NCBI GenBank assembly: GCA_964016885.1
Contig: OZ024743.1
Span: forward strand, 353,524,001-353,588,000
Length of the DNA stretch: 64,000 nt
DNA from: Eledone cirrhosa
Lineage: Eukaryota
Direction: 5' to 3'
Positions 26,986-44,759 of the stretch are shown in pieces. The notes under the pieces are model-generated. The model ran no database searches, was not told the DNA's origin, and saw only the letters and a list, made by a program, of their open reading frames with translations. A program made the translations under genes and the position numbers. The stretch's first letter is position 1, and the number at the start of each line of letters is the position of its first letter.

Positions 26986-27799
26986 TATTTTTGTTTTATT
27001 ATTAATAAAACAAAAATTGCAAATAATGTCCAAATTTTTCTGCGAACTACCACAATTTTTTCTCGGACAACCATTGGTCCGGTTGGTGATCGCTGCTATA
27101 TAACACTCAAAGGATGTCTGTACTAATCTTAAGTTTCTTTCCCATCTTTCTTCTTAGATAACTTCTGTCGATATCCCTACATCTGTGGAAGCTTTTGGTG
27201 GATGTTAGGGTCTTCTGAGGCGTATTTTCTTTTACGAAGCGTATTTTCTTTATAAATCAGTCAAGTATCCCAAATGTTCGTATCAGTAGTGGTACTGCAA
27301 ATGCTTTGTGGGATATTGTTTTGTCGTAGGAGGAAAGATACGTATTTTAAAAGTGTAGTATAATATATTTTCTCTATTCCATCTTTGCTCATAGTACATT
27401 TGTATAATGTAGTTTTCTTTATGCCTAGGTATTTATAGTTATCATTGTGTGGTACAAGCGAGATAACGAGTTAATTAATACTAACGTTTGGGAATCAGTT
27501 TTTTCCGCGTCCAACTATCAAATATGAACATTTCTTTTGACCAAATTATAACCTTATATCAGCTGAAAATGTTATTAACTCCGGCTATTTCTCAGCAATG
27601 AAACATTTTTAGATCATTCACAAAGAAATTATGCAGCAGCAAGTGATACCTATGTATCACTTGCTGCTGCGGCGGATTTTATTTTTAGGTCTCACCAGTA
27701 TTCTTTTGAGCTACCAGTCTCAACATATTCCTTCCTATTTGATTATATTTTCATCTTCTGTAATGCTTTCCAGATTGTTCTCTGACTATCAAATCATGC

Positions 27800-28560
27800 C
27801 TCATAGAAAGGTAATAACGAGAAGACATTCTTTCAAAATTGGAAATAATGTGGCTACATCTTTGCTCTTTATTTTGCACAGCCTATATTTATTGTCAACT
27901 GATGACTTTCCTGTTTTGAGCAGTAGGTTCTTGGTTAGAATTTCTTGTTTCTGGGCTGCATGGAGATATCCTTCAAGGTTTGACGTTATAAACTCCATGT
28001 CAAGCTTTGAGTATGGTTTACTCCATGTATGTTTTATGTTTTTCGTCTCAAATACCCAAGTACAACCTTCTCAGTGAACTGGTCATTTAAAAAAAAAATG
28101 TTGTTCGAGCATTAAAAGAGTTTTTTAATGTTCATGGGAGAAAGATTTGCATCAGTAATGTTGATCAGCTTGCAAGTCCTTACATCCATCGCATTCAGTT
28201 CTTGCAATGACCTGTTCAGCAGGCCCAATGTTGGCGTTAGGGCAGACACAGCAAAAGTATTATGACTAATGTGCTTGTTTGATACTGAGAGTTCTAATGA
28301 CCATATTCTCTATACTCTCCTAAGGTATTCATTTATTTTTGGTTCTCTTCTTATATGGGTTCACCATATCTGCCACTCGCACCTTGTCCAAGATACGTAC
28401 AATTGTTACCTAACTGTAGGTTATATATCGTCAAGCCGTTCATTTTTAGATTTGTATCGGAAGGCACAACTTTTTTACGTTTTATTGTCAAAAGTTTGCA
28501 TTTGTACTCACCAAATTTCATTCCGATATCTGTAGAAAATTAGGCAATGAGGTCCAATTG
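27800..28560 (-). pseudogene. Second R4/Dong-like LINE relic
   Basis: TFAVSALTPTLGLL..LQELNAMDVRTCKL and SNLEGYLHAAQKQEILTKN..YRLC resemble the R4/Dong post-RT region; a further 3' fragment lies at about 30430-30690. Confidence 0.6.
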
Positions 28561-29796
28561 TTTTTTTATGTGGTTTATATTTCTATGACCACTACAATCT
28601 GTAAGCAGGTATTGATAGTGAGTTTAGGGCGGCGAATTGGCAGAGTAGTTAGAACGTCGGATAGAATGCTTCACAGTATTCGTTTCGGCTTTCTACTCTC
28701 TTAGTTCCAATCTTGCCGAGGCCAACTTTGTTTTTCATCCATTCAGTGTTGATTAAAAAAGACCAGTCTAGTACTGGGGGTGGATTCTTCCTCTATATCC
28801 CTTTCTCTGGAAGAAATCTGCTGTATTCAAACCAGGAGAGGAGATGAGCGTCGCCAGGTTTTAGAACATGCCATAGAAAGAGCCGCATTTCAATACGGCA
28901 CTCCTACGATCGCCCCCCCCCCCCCCCGGAGTATTTGACCATGGATGCATTCATGATAGTAAGTTTAACGAGTGGACGAAGAGCAGCACTGACAAGCTAT
29001 CGTTCAGCAAGGTGCCTTTTTAGTAGTGTGTAATATCAGACTCAATTTGCTTTTTATCACTCCCTCTTAAGGGGTAAAGTGGTGTACCAAGTCTCGGTCA
29101 GGTAGTGGATAGAAGCTACGTGTGGTTGTGGGACTTTGATTCATTGTAAAACCCTGATAATCTATTCATGTAGTATACTATCAAAATCATTTGATAGTCC
29201 ATCCGCACAACAGCCAAGTTCCTGTGATTCTTCACTGTTTTATTCTTGAATCATTTTGGTAATTGGTATTTGCTCTAATTGGTATTTGCCCTAACCTTCC
29301 TTTTTCCTCCAGCATGTTCAGGTGATAAGATGTTACTGGTGTTACAATGATCCTGCAAGAACAAATTGAGGAATCCGGTGTATAATTTGTACATGTTTTA
29401 GCACGCTATTGGGCGGTCATTTTTAGTATGGGTAATCTGGATATTTTTTAGGGTGGGGAAAGTTATGGTAGTTGATAGCCATTGGTGTAGTTCTTGTGGG
29501 TCCTAAATACTTCCCCCATACAATCGTATGAAATCTTGCCGACAAAAGCCAATGTTCTTAAACCAGTAACCTTTTAGGAAGTCTGGGCCTGGGGATTTTC
29601 TGTTCAACATTTTCTGTAGAGCTCTTTCTAGTATTCCGCCATCTATTTCGTATTGCTTTTGTTGAACATGCTAATAGTAGCCCTGTTCCAGTTCTTCTAG
29701 CATTTTGAACTCGTCGTTTGCTTTTCATACAGACCTCCAGTGACTCCCTACCTAATCCTATGTACGGGTATCTTTTACAGAAATTGAGCCTTTCAT

Positions 29797-30012
29797 ATTG
29801 ATTTCTAGTATAGGCACAAGGCCAGTAATTTGAGGGGAGGGAAAGTCGATTAAATCGACCCCAGTGCATTACTGGTGCTTTATTTTATCGACCCTGCAAG
29901 GATGAAAGGAAAAAGTTAACCTCGGCGGGATTTGAACTCAGACCGTAAAGGGCCGTAACTCTATGCTGAAAAGCATGGTGTCTGACGCTCTACCGATTCT
30001 GCCAATCCACCG
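29797..30012 (-). mobile_element. SINE family 1, full length
   Basis: Complete head-core-tail match. Confidence 0.85.
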
Positions 30013-30110
30013 AGCCTTTCATATTGAAGCTACGACATACTTATTTTGGATCTCTGGCATATATGCATGTATGTATGTATGTTCTGGTTTTATAATTTCA
30101 CAAAATTTTA

Positions 30111-30174
<64 letters not shown>

Positions 30175-30750
30175 TTCTAACATCGATACAAGACTCTCTC
30201 ATTGGAATTTACAAAACATCAACTAGGTAGATATGTATGCATGTCTGCATGCATGCATGTGTGTGCAGGTATGGATGTTACTGTATGTGTGGATGTGTAT
30301 GTTTTGAATTGTATGTGTGCATGTGTATATGCTTTGTATCTGTACATGTGTATATGCAGTTATTAGATGCAGAATTTTTGGAATGTTTTACATATTTTTA
30401 CTGTTCCATTAATGGATTGTACTTGTAATTTCCTAACTAGTTGTGTTCTTTCTGTTCCTGTGAAGCCTAGCTTCTCAAGATTTGCACTGAGGCAGTTACT
30501 AACATACCCTAGTGCCCCAATAATCACAGCATAAATCTGAAGGTATAGTCAGGGTGGAGTATCTGCAGATTTCTCATTAGTTCTGCATAAATATTCTCCT
30601 TTTCGCTAATCTTTAATATTATATTGGCAGGTCAAGGTTTTCCTCCATAGTATTTATATTCTTGGCATAAAGTTTCAGGTCATTCACATGTATGTATGTA
30701 TGTATGTATGTATGTATGTATGTATGTATGTATGTATGTATGTATGTATG

Positions 30751-30781
<31 letters not shown>

Positions 30782-30785
30782 GTAT

Positions 30786-31643
30786 GACCCCTTAGCCTTT
30801 GTCAAGGCAGAATTCTAGGAGAAGGAAAACTCTGATATAACACCTACAACCCTGATGGTATCCAATGATGTTGACTTGGTCTTCTTTTTGTTAAATATCA
30901 TCTTGGTTAAAAGAGTGGGACTGGCTTTGTGCAGTGCCTTTGCTCACTATAAAAGCTTCACGGCACAGGCATTGCTTTATATTTGGAGATCTCTCTGCAC
31001 TTGTCGTCACATGGTACCAAAGGCAAAGCACTATGTGTCGATAATTGTCACAAGTGTAGTGTTTGTACCAGAGTTTTCAAGTCGCTGGCTGGACTAAAAA
31101 GTCACACTCGTTCAGCGCATCGGTAGGGGTTCTCCTACATGGATATAAAGTAGTGGCCGTACTCGAAAACGAGTTGGCAGCCACCATGTATGTATGTATG
31201 TATGTATGTATGTATGTATGTATGTATGTATGTATGTATGTATGTATGACCCCTTAGCCTTTGTCAAGGCAGAATTCTAGGAGAAGGAAAACTCTGATAT
31301 AACACCTGCAACCCTGATGGTATCCAATGATGTTGACTTGGTCTTCTTTTTGTTAAATATAATCTTGGTTAAAAGAGTGGGACTGGCTTTGTGCAGTGCC
31401 TTTGCTCACTCTAAAAGCTTCACGTATTGCTTTATATCTGGAGATCTCTCTGCACTTGTCGTCACATGGTACCATGGGCCCAGCACTATGTGTCAATAAT
31501 TGTCACAAGTGTAGTTTTTGTACCAGAGTTTTCAAGTCGCTGGTTGGACTAAAAAGTCACACTCGTTCAGCGCATCGGTAGGGGTTCTCCTACATGGATA
31601 TAAAGTAGTGGCCGTACTCGAAAACGAGTTGGCAGCCACCACC

Positions 31644-31677
<34 letters not shown>

Positions 31678-32220
31678 ATGTATGTATATATGTATGTATG
31701 TATATATGTTTCTTGGTGAGGAGGGTGACTTTGGACATCCTGCAGGACTAAAAACAAAACCTGTCAAAGGGCAAAGCAGCTCTTAAGAGTCAATGGCCAT
31801 CCAAAATCACCGGGAGAGATGACCCCTTAGCCTTTGTCAAGGCAGAATTCTAGGAGAAGGAAAACTCTGATATAACACCTGCAACCCTGACGGTATCCAA
31901 TGATGTTGACTTGTTCTTCTTTTTGGTAAATATCATCTTGGTTAAGAGAGTGGGACTGGCTTTGTGCAGTGACTTTGCTCACTATAAAAGCTTCACGGCA
32001 CAGGCATTGCTTTATATCTGGAGATCTCTCTGCACTTGTCGTCACATGGTACCATGGGCCCAGCACTATGTGTCAATAATTGTCACAGTGTAGTGTTTGT
32101 ACCAGAGTTTTCAAGTCGCTGGCTGGACTAAAAAGTCACACTCGTTCAGCGCATCGGTAGGGGTTCTCCTACATGGATATAAAGTAGTGGCTGTACTCGA
32201 AAACGAGTTGGCAGCCACCA
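30786..32220 (+). mobile_element. Head-to-tail array of three bipartite RTE-derived elements separated by (TATG)n
   Basis: Copies at 30786-31186, 31248-31643 and 31708-32220 match 7431-8037. Confidence 0.85.
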
Positions 32221-32431
32221 TGTATGTATGTATGAATGTATGTATGTATGTATGTATGTATGTATGTATGTATGTATGTATGTATGTATGTATGTATGTA
32301 TGTATGTATGTATGTATGTATGTATGTATGTATGTGTGTGTGTGAATGTATGTGTGTGTAACTATATGTATGCATGAGCGAATGTATGAAAGAATAAATG
32401 TAATGTATGAGTGCAAACCCAGGCATACAAA

Positions 32432-32470
<39 letters not shown>

Positions 32471-32480
32471 AACCAGTAAG

Positions 32481-32574
32481 ACCCCGACAGCTGAGCTCAA
32501 GCCGTTTCGACGGCTAATTCTGGACTAAATGAAAATTTATCCTGGTATTTAAATAGCCGATCTTCTCAAGGGGT
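32481..32574 (-). ncRNA. Type I hammerhead ribozyme, U3-A8 variant (family A, left arm)
   Basis: Reverse complement of 33703-33796. Confidence 0.78.
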
Positions 32575-33702
32575 AATTCCATATATGGTCAAAGTGATTG
32601 TCAAAAATCAGTAGTAATTCTGTGGTTGCAAATTAGTAGGGGAGATGGTGGCTAAACCTGCCAGTAGGAGAAAGAGGGGAGGGGGTGGAGTAGCCCCAAT
32701 CAAGCGTTTGTAGTGCCAGCTACAGCTGGGCATGAGGTCAAAGAAGATACAGGGGAGGGGGAGGGGGAGGAAGTCGGAACGGTAGGTAGAACAATGGGGG
32801 GTAGAAATATATAGGAAAGAAAAATACTGAGAGTGAAGAAAAGCAAATAAGTGTAAAGAAAAACAAATGAGTGTAAAGGAAAAAGTAAAGTAAATTAAAT
32901 TCTACGACCTAGGTCTCTAGCTATTGTTAGGCTAGAATAAATAAATAAATAAAGAAAGAAAGAAGTAAAGAAATAAATAAAGAAATAACGAAATAAGTAA
33001 AAGAACTAGGTGGGACGAAATAGGCGAGGACCCTTTTAAGAGGTATAAGTACGTAAATGATACGGTGACGGGTCAACAAAAGGGGCCAAAATACTAAAGA
33101 GACTACCACGAAATAAACAATAAAGGTTTCCATCCCGGGCACAATTCCAGCAACCACCCAGTGCAGCAAAGTGAACTAATACGAGATAATAATTCTGAGT
33201 CCCGAGAAAAATATATACTAATGCTAACTCTCAAAGATCTAAAACAAGCTACATGAAAGTTCGTACGAAGTAAAGGTAGAATACGGAAGAATAAATTCAG
33301 AATCCACCCACTTCTTTCTTTCTTTATTTATTTATTTATTCTAGACTAACAATAGCTAGAGACCTAGGTCGTAGAATTTAATTTACTTTACTTTTTTCTT
33401 TACACTCATTTGTTTTTCTTTACACTTATTTGCTTTTCTTCACTCTCAGTATTTTTTCTTTCCTATATATTTCTACCCCTCATTGTTCTACCTACCGTTC
33501 CGACTTCCTCCCCCTCCCCCTCCCCTGTATCTTCTTTGACCTCATGCCCAGCTGTAGCTGGCACTACAAACGCTTGATTGGGGCTACTCCACCCCCTCCC
33601 CTCTTTCTCCTACTGGCAGGTTTAGCCACCATCTCCCCTACTAATTTGCAACCACAGAATTACTACTGATTTTTGACAATCACTTTGACCATATATGGAA
33701 TT

Positions 33703-33796
33703 ACCCCTTGAGAAGATCGGCTATTTAAATACCAGGATAAATTTTCATTTAGTCCAGAATTAGCCGTCGAAACGGCTTGAGCTCAGCTGTCGGGGT
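33703..33796 (+). ncRNA. Type I hammerhead ribozyme, U3-A8 variant (family A, right arm)
   Basis: ACCCC-TTGAGAA-GA(T)CGGCTA...TAGCCGTC-GAAA-CGGC T TGAGCTCA GCTG-TC-GGGGT; GUC triplet. Confidence 0.8.
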
Positions 33797-34696
33797 CTTA
33801 CTGGTTCCTATTAGCCACTCTACTACTTCAAGTATTGAGTACTTTGGTGCGTTATGGTCCACCTGGTTCCTTACCACATTTCCTTCGTTATATATATATA
33901 TATATATATATACATGACCTTCTTGATCACTTCCTGTTGCGCGTTCACCCCACAACTCTCTACTTCCTCTGCACCATTCCACGGATTCTACACCACTGGT
34001 CACACGCTCCAGACATCCACCCTCTTATACTCGGATTTTCCCCCATCTGTCGATATACTCGCCGGGAAAACATTCAGGAACACACACAAACACGTACACT
34101 ATTTTCGCACACACGCATCCATACGTTCCCACGTATCCACGCCACACAAAAACACACACACACACACGTGCGTATCCTCACATACACATACTCGGCCTCC
34201 GGACTGCGAACGCCCCCTTCTCCACCCCCTCTGACCTTTCCATCCACACGTTCACACACACACTGACTTTCACCCCACCCCATGTACACACTGGTTTTCC
34301 TATTACCTGAACATGGAACCTCGTTCTTCCCCAAACACTCACACTCACATCTACACATACACACACACACGTACACCTACACACATACACATACACCACC
34401 GTCCACGCTCCCCGCTCGGACCCCCTGTCTCCTTCTCCCCTCTCCCTCCTCCATCCACCCACCACCACCCCTACACGCCTCACACCCTTTCACAACTTGT
34501 TTCATTTTAATGTTTTTAACCTCTTTTTAATTTTTTTCCCTTCCCCTTAATTCCCACCCCTTTGTAATGTCTTTCCACCACTCCCCCTCACACCCTCGGA
34601 ACTCTTTTCCTTCCCACCTTTCTCCTGAAACTTCGTCTCCCACCCCCAGTGAACCTAATACTAACATTTTGTACTGCACTCTTCGTTATTGTTTTT

Positions 34697-34812
<116 letters not shown>

Positions 34813-35309
34813 GGAGAGAAAACAACAACAAAACCCAGAGACATTATGCTTTTTTTAATTTTTTATAGACGGGATAGTCATGGTCGGGATGCTTTGATTG
34901 TATATCTGTTTAATCAGGTTTGACATGGGACTAACATCAACAACAACAGCAACAATAACAGCAGTATATCAGCACTAAAGCTACTGCAGCAGCTGTACTA
35001 CCACCACAATCAAGGAGAAGAACAAAGACAATAACTACAACATCTTAGCCATCATTATCAACAAATCTGATGTATCGGTCGCCATTTTAGGTTGACAACG
35101 CCATTTTGAATATTTCCTTATCTTTTTATTAACAAAATACTATTGTTGTTTTTACTCTTCACAATATAAAGAATGATGTAGTAGAAAAGGATAAAATTTG
35201 TTAGCATTTTATGCATTTAAATATTTAGATGCTTATATGTCTCTCTCATTCCTATCTATATATTTTGCTAATATGTACATACATATATAAGATATATGCA
35301 CATATACAC

Positions 35310-39590
<4,281 letters not shown>

Positions 39591-39963
39591 GATACACTCT
39601 CACACATATACATTCATACGTATTCTTACAGACGCAGCAACGTATACATGTTGACATTACCATTACGTAACACATCATAAATGACGAAGCAAGAAGAAAA
39701 GCTTTTAAATCAGAGTAAAATTCCAGAAAGAGAATATATTACTGAAATAAATCAAATGTAGCCGCAGTAATAATATATTTACCTCTTACTATAGGGTCAC
39801 TTTATGGACTTAAAATTTCCTTTTTTTTTTCGGGGAAAAATTTCTAAACGGTTTTAAATCTTTCCTCAGTTTTATTTTCTACCAAAACATCTCACTGTGA
39901 CGATCCAAATTATTTAGCAAATGCAATGTGAAATTGCTGAAGTCCCAATGTTATCTGGAGCAC

Positions 39964-40294
39964 GGCTGGGTAGTTGTATGGCTGTATGGTTGTATGGTTG
40001 TATGGCTGTATGGCTGGGTAGTTGGATGGCTGTATGGCTGTATGGTTGTATGGTTGTATGGCTGTATGGTTGTATGGTTGTATCGCTGTATGACTGGGTA
40101 GTTGGATGGCTGTATGGTTGTATGGCTGTATGGTTGTATGCTTGTATGGCTGTATCGTTGTATGGTTGTATGGCTGTATCGTTGTATGGTTGTATGGTTG
40201 TATGGCTGTATGGTTGTATGGTTGTATGGCTGTATGGTTGTATGGTTGTATGGTTGTATGGTTGTATGGTTGTATGGCTGTATGGTTGTATGGT
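39964..40294. repeat. 8-bp tandem repeat (GGTTGTAT/GGCTGTAT)n
   Basis: About 40 units with recurring variants. Confidence 0.92.
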
Positions 40295-41055
40295 TTGCAT
40301 AGTTGTTGCAAAATCGTTTGATCATCAGAAGATAAAGTGTTCAGAGTTCAGAGTTCATTTGTTGTTGTACAGGGGCCGACATCCCTTCTTATTCTTCTGG
40401 TATTAATAAATAAATGACTAAACCTATGCCAAGCATGAATGTAGAGTGGTCAAGAAGATTTTGAGTTCGATGCAGGTGATAAGAGGGAAATACGCCTGTG
40501 TAATATGATCTGTACCCCGCCATACTCACCGCCGAAATTAATACTCGTAAAAAATGATGAGATTTAATTATCTAAAAAAACATATTTCTAGACGATACTC
40601 GACTTCACATGGTATTTGTTCTAACAATGAGAAACAAGCAGGTGACAGAACAATGGTAACACAATTTAACACGACACGTAACCTGGTTTAACATCACTAA
40701 CTGGAAGGAAGTCCAGACGTGGTAGTTCGATTTGCTAGAAAATAGTAGCCAAATCTCAATAAAATCACATCGTACTCAGAGCTGACCTTGGGAGGTGAGA
40801 AGCCCAATTAGGTTATATATGATGTATATACTTGACAAGCCAAGAGTAGATTACTCTAGCACGGAGTCCAATTGGGAGCAGTTGCTTCAGTTGGCTTAAA
40901 TCCGGCCCTGATCATACTGTCTAAAAAAAAAAAAAGCTAGTAAAAAGAGAAGTACTTAGTACGATAATGTAGTCTAGGAGAAATTATATTTGAAAAGATG
41001 GGATGTTCATTGTTGATCAGGATTGACCTGGTGATAAACAACAACAACAACAACA

Positions 41056-41124
<69 letters not shown>

Positions 41125-41539
41125 GCATCTTGGCTGCTTTAAGCGGAGTTCAATCTATTGCCAGAATTCGGCCTAGACACCACCATACTTAACCGTTTCC
41201 TTGTCTTTCTACTAAAATTCTTCTTCCAGACATTGAACTATTGATATTGTCTATGTGTATCGGCCACATCACTCTTAACAGAGTAGGAATGTCTCTAAAA
41301 GTTATGGCCACTGCCCTTCTTCTCTTCACTAACATACAACAGCAATAACATACATAAACAACGAAACAAACAACTATATGTACATCCGAGGGAAAACAAG
41401 ACCACATTTTTCACAGTCTGTGAAAAATGCGGTCTTAGTTTCCCTGCACGCAGGAAAAAGTCGGGATGGTCATTGCTGGAATACCTTTGAGCATAGGACT
41501 GTTCAATCGGGACTGAATCAGGACTAGACATAGAAGAAG

Positions 41540-41875
41540 GCCCCACTCGGTCACGAATGACCATGTGCTTTGCACCTAGAAAGTATCCCTACGAGGCACA
41601 AGCCTGGACAAGGTTTGTTTTGTGGAAGATCAGCAGTCGCCCATGCATAACAGCCTCCCCTCTCCATATCACCGATGTTGTCCAAAGGAAAGGCAATGAC
41701 CGATACAACTGGCACCAGTGGCGTCGCAACTCATTTCTACAGCTGAGTAAACTGGGGCAACGTGAAATAAAGTGTCTTGCTCAAGGACACAACGCATCAC
41801 CCAGTCTGAGAATCGAACTGACAAACTCTCAATTGCAAGCCCAATGTTCTAACCACTAAGATATGCGCCTTCACA
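41540..41875 (-). mobile_element. tRNA-derived SINE (family 3)
   Basis: Minus-strand head ttagtggttag...gttcgattc, then ccttgagcaagacactttatttcacg. Confidence 0.7.
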
Positions 41876-42446
41876 GGACTAGACAATAACAATAATAACA
41901 ACGACAACAGCAAAACAGAATCAACTCTGTAATTTAAACCATTTGAACCATCACAAAAATTCGCAACCATTGCCATGTATTCCTTCTCTCCCCCCGCCCC
42001 CTCCTCCCTCCTCGTCCTTCCACCATTAAGAGCCTTTATGTTGTCACTTGATCTGTTAAAAGTAGCAGCCCTGAATCGCTCAAGTCAAACTTATCCTAAA
42101 CACACGAAGATTGCACAAAAAAAGGGAAAAAAGAAAAAAAGGGATAACCACAACTGGAGTATCTTTGATCATAGGTTTGTTTAATCGGAAATGATCAGTG
42201 GCTAAACAAAAGTAAGACTCCATTGCATAAGGCATCAAAATAATTTGAATGCGGTGAAAATACCTGCTCAAAATATCAGCCAAATTTCAGTAAAAATGAC
42301 ATTCTTACTAACTTAAAAAAAAGAAAGGGTGCAGCTAGCAATTTAGTTCCTAATATACAAAGTGGCAGAATCGTCATGGATGGAACGCCTTTTTATTAAA
42401 TGTCTGCTTGTGAGCTAAACAACAATAGCAACTTTACAAAAAGAAA

Positions 42447-43170
42447 CCACCACTACCACCACTTATCACCACCACCCTCCACCACCACCACCACCACCAC
42501 CGGCACCAGCACCACCACCACCACCACTTATCACCACCACCACCAGCACCAGCACCGGCACCAGCACCAACACCACCACCACCACTTATCACCACCACCC
42601 TCCACCACCAACCTCCACCACCACCCTCCACCACCACCACCAGCACCACTTATCACCACCACCCTCCACCACCACCACCACCACCACCACCACCACCAAT
42701 AGCACCAGCACCAGCACCAGCACCAATAGCACCAGCACCACCACCACTTATCACCACCACCCTCCACTACCACCAGCACCACCACCAATAGCACCAGCAC
42801 CACCACCACTTATCACCACCACCCTCCACTACCACCAGCACCAGCACCAATAGCACCAGCACCACCACCACTTATCACCACCACCCTCCACTACCACCAG
42901 CACCACCACCAATAGCACCAGCACCAGCACCAATAGCACCAGCACCACCACCACTTATCACCACCACCCTCCACTACCACCAGCACCACCACCAACAGCA
43001 CCAGCACCACCACCACTTATCACCACCACCCTCCACTACCACCAGCACCACCACCAATAGCACCAGCACCAGCACCAATAGCACCACCACCACCTTCCAC
43101 TACCACCAGCACCAATAGCACCAGCACCACCACCACCACCACTTATCACCACCACCACCGACAACCACCA
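42447..43170. repeat. (CCA/GCA)n minisatellite with about 60-bp higher-order unit
   Basis: Recurring cacttatcaccaccaccctccactaccaccagcacc unit. Confidence 0.88.
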
Positions 43171-44390
43171 TTAGCAACAATCACTACCACTGCTGCCAAT
43201 ACTCTTATCATCAACAACCATTACAGACATGGAAACAACAATAACAACACTACTGTCACGAGTAGCAGTAAGAATAACAATAACAACAAACGCAATATAG
43301 GGGAGCCACGACTAAGATTTATGTTTAGTATCAAAGTTTATCAGTAATCTATGTGAGGGATGTGTCTATGTATACAACAGTGTTCTGGGGGAGTACCAGT
43401 AAGGCCAGAACACGTGTCATTTACAGGGATGTGGTGTGTGGTGGGAGGTTGATGATTGGTGCTTTTTTTTTTCATTTGTAGCGTGTAGTATATACACGTA
43501 TATATATATATAGTCAATTCTGAACCTTATTTGAGATAGATTAATATTTGGATACACACACACACACACACACACACTTTCTCAATGGAAAGTAATTAAA
43601 AAGGCAGTAACACGGAAATAGCAAAACACAATGCCATGGCATTAGTTTAACGGTCGAAGAGAATAGAATAGAAATGCATCCAGCGTTTCGGACGTAAGTC
43701 CTTTGTGTGAAAAAGTAAAAAAAGAGACCGAAAAGGAAAACACGGAAAAGGAAGAATTGTAAAGAAAAAAAAATTAAAAGATGTCATTGCCATATGTTAC
43801 CTATATATAGGTAACATATGACAAACAAGATGAAGTAGAAAATAAAGGAGAATAAGAAGCAGAAGAAGAAGAAGAAGAAGAAGAAGAAGAAGAAGAAGAA
43901 GAAGAAGAAGAAGAAGAAGAAAGAAGTAGAAGAAAAATGAGAAGCAGAAGGAAAAGAGGAGGTAGAAGAGGGAGAAGAAGAAAACGAAGGCGTAGCAGTT
44001 GTACTATGACTATAGTCATCTGCATCGCGGTGACTACATTTTCAAATTTCAAACTTCCCAATGTTTTGTAGGTCAACCGGATGTTTACACTTCTACCTTC
44101 ACACTTAAATCTTCCCAAAAGAGGTTATATGGCGACTGGAAAACCTTTAGCGTTACGGTTAAACACACTCCCCAGCATACGAAAGCTGCTTCGTTCAATA
44201 CAGTGCAGGTGTCTCTATTTTTTTTTTCGTCTTCAGGAGTACTTCACCCGATTATTCAACTATTATTTATAGTGATCAACTGTCAATAAAATAAAGTACC
44301 AGTAATGCACTGGGATAATTGCTGGCCTGTGCCAAAAGTAGAAACAATTATTATTATCATTGCGGTGGATTGGCAGTATCGGTAATAATA

Positions 44391-44600
44391 TTTTATTAAT
44401 AATAAAACAAAAATAGGTAGAGGGTCGGGCGGTAGAGGGTCGGACGCCATGCTTTGATGCATAGAGTTACGGTCCTTGCCATTCTGAGTTCAAATCCCGC
44501 TGAGGTTAACTTTGCCTTTCATCCTTACGGGGTCGATAAAATAAAGTACCAGTAATGCACTGAATTATTGTTGGCCTTGTACCAAATGTAGAAACAATTA
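44391..44600 (+). mobile_element. SINE family 1 copy carrying the flank of the 26.8-kb copy
   Basis: ttttattaataataaaacaaaaata-ggtagagggtcgggcggtagagggtcgg is the reverse complement of 26958-27010. Confidence 0.8.
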
Positions 44601-44687
44601 TAGTAATCTGTATTGTGGCGACTGTATTTTCAAATATCGCAATGTTTCGTAAGTCAACCGGATATATATATATAATTAAAAGACGAA

Positions 44688-44759
<72 letters not shown>

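Larger units (their letters stand above)
26320..27097. mobile_element. Probable hAT/Charlie-like non-autonomous DNA element relic containing two SINEs
   Basis: Repeated cggaccac subterminal motifs and a minus-strand terminus cagcgatcaccaacc; TSD not resolved. Confidence 0.35.
25330..27640 (-). pseudogene. Decayed R4/Dong-like RLE LINE, interrupted at about 26290-27100
   Basis: FVNDLKMF, FSADIRL, YKYLG (about 27400-27630); EVYAFSIQE*EIATKY, YYIVRHDVVAK and a PD-like motif (about 25650-26030). Confidence 0.65.
32467..33888. mobile_element. Family A element with about 500-bp inverted arms
   Basis: 32467-32965 is the near-perfect reverse complement of 33310-33810; about 345-bp spacer; (TA)n flanks. 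Confidence 0.85.

Noticed and set aside
39964-40294. CRISPR-like or telomeric array
   Set aside because: Simple 8-bp tandem repeat with no unique spacers, and not TTAGGG.
43675-43712. Minus-strand GGAC-TTAC-GTCC-GAAACGC, resembling a PLE hammerhead 3' half
   Set aside because: The CUGANGA core is absent; at most a decayed remnant.
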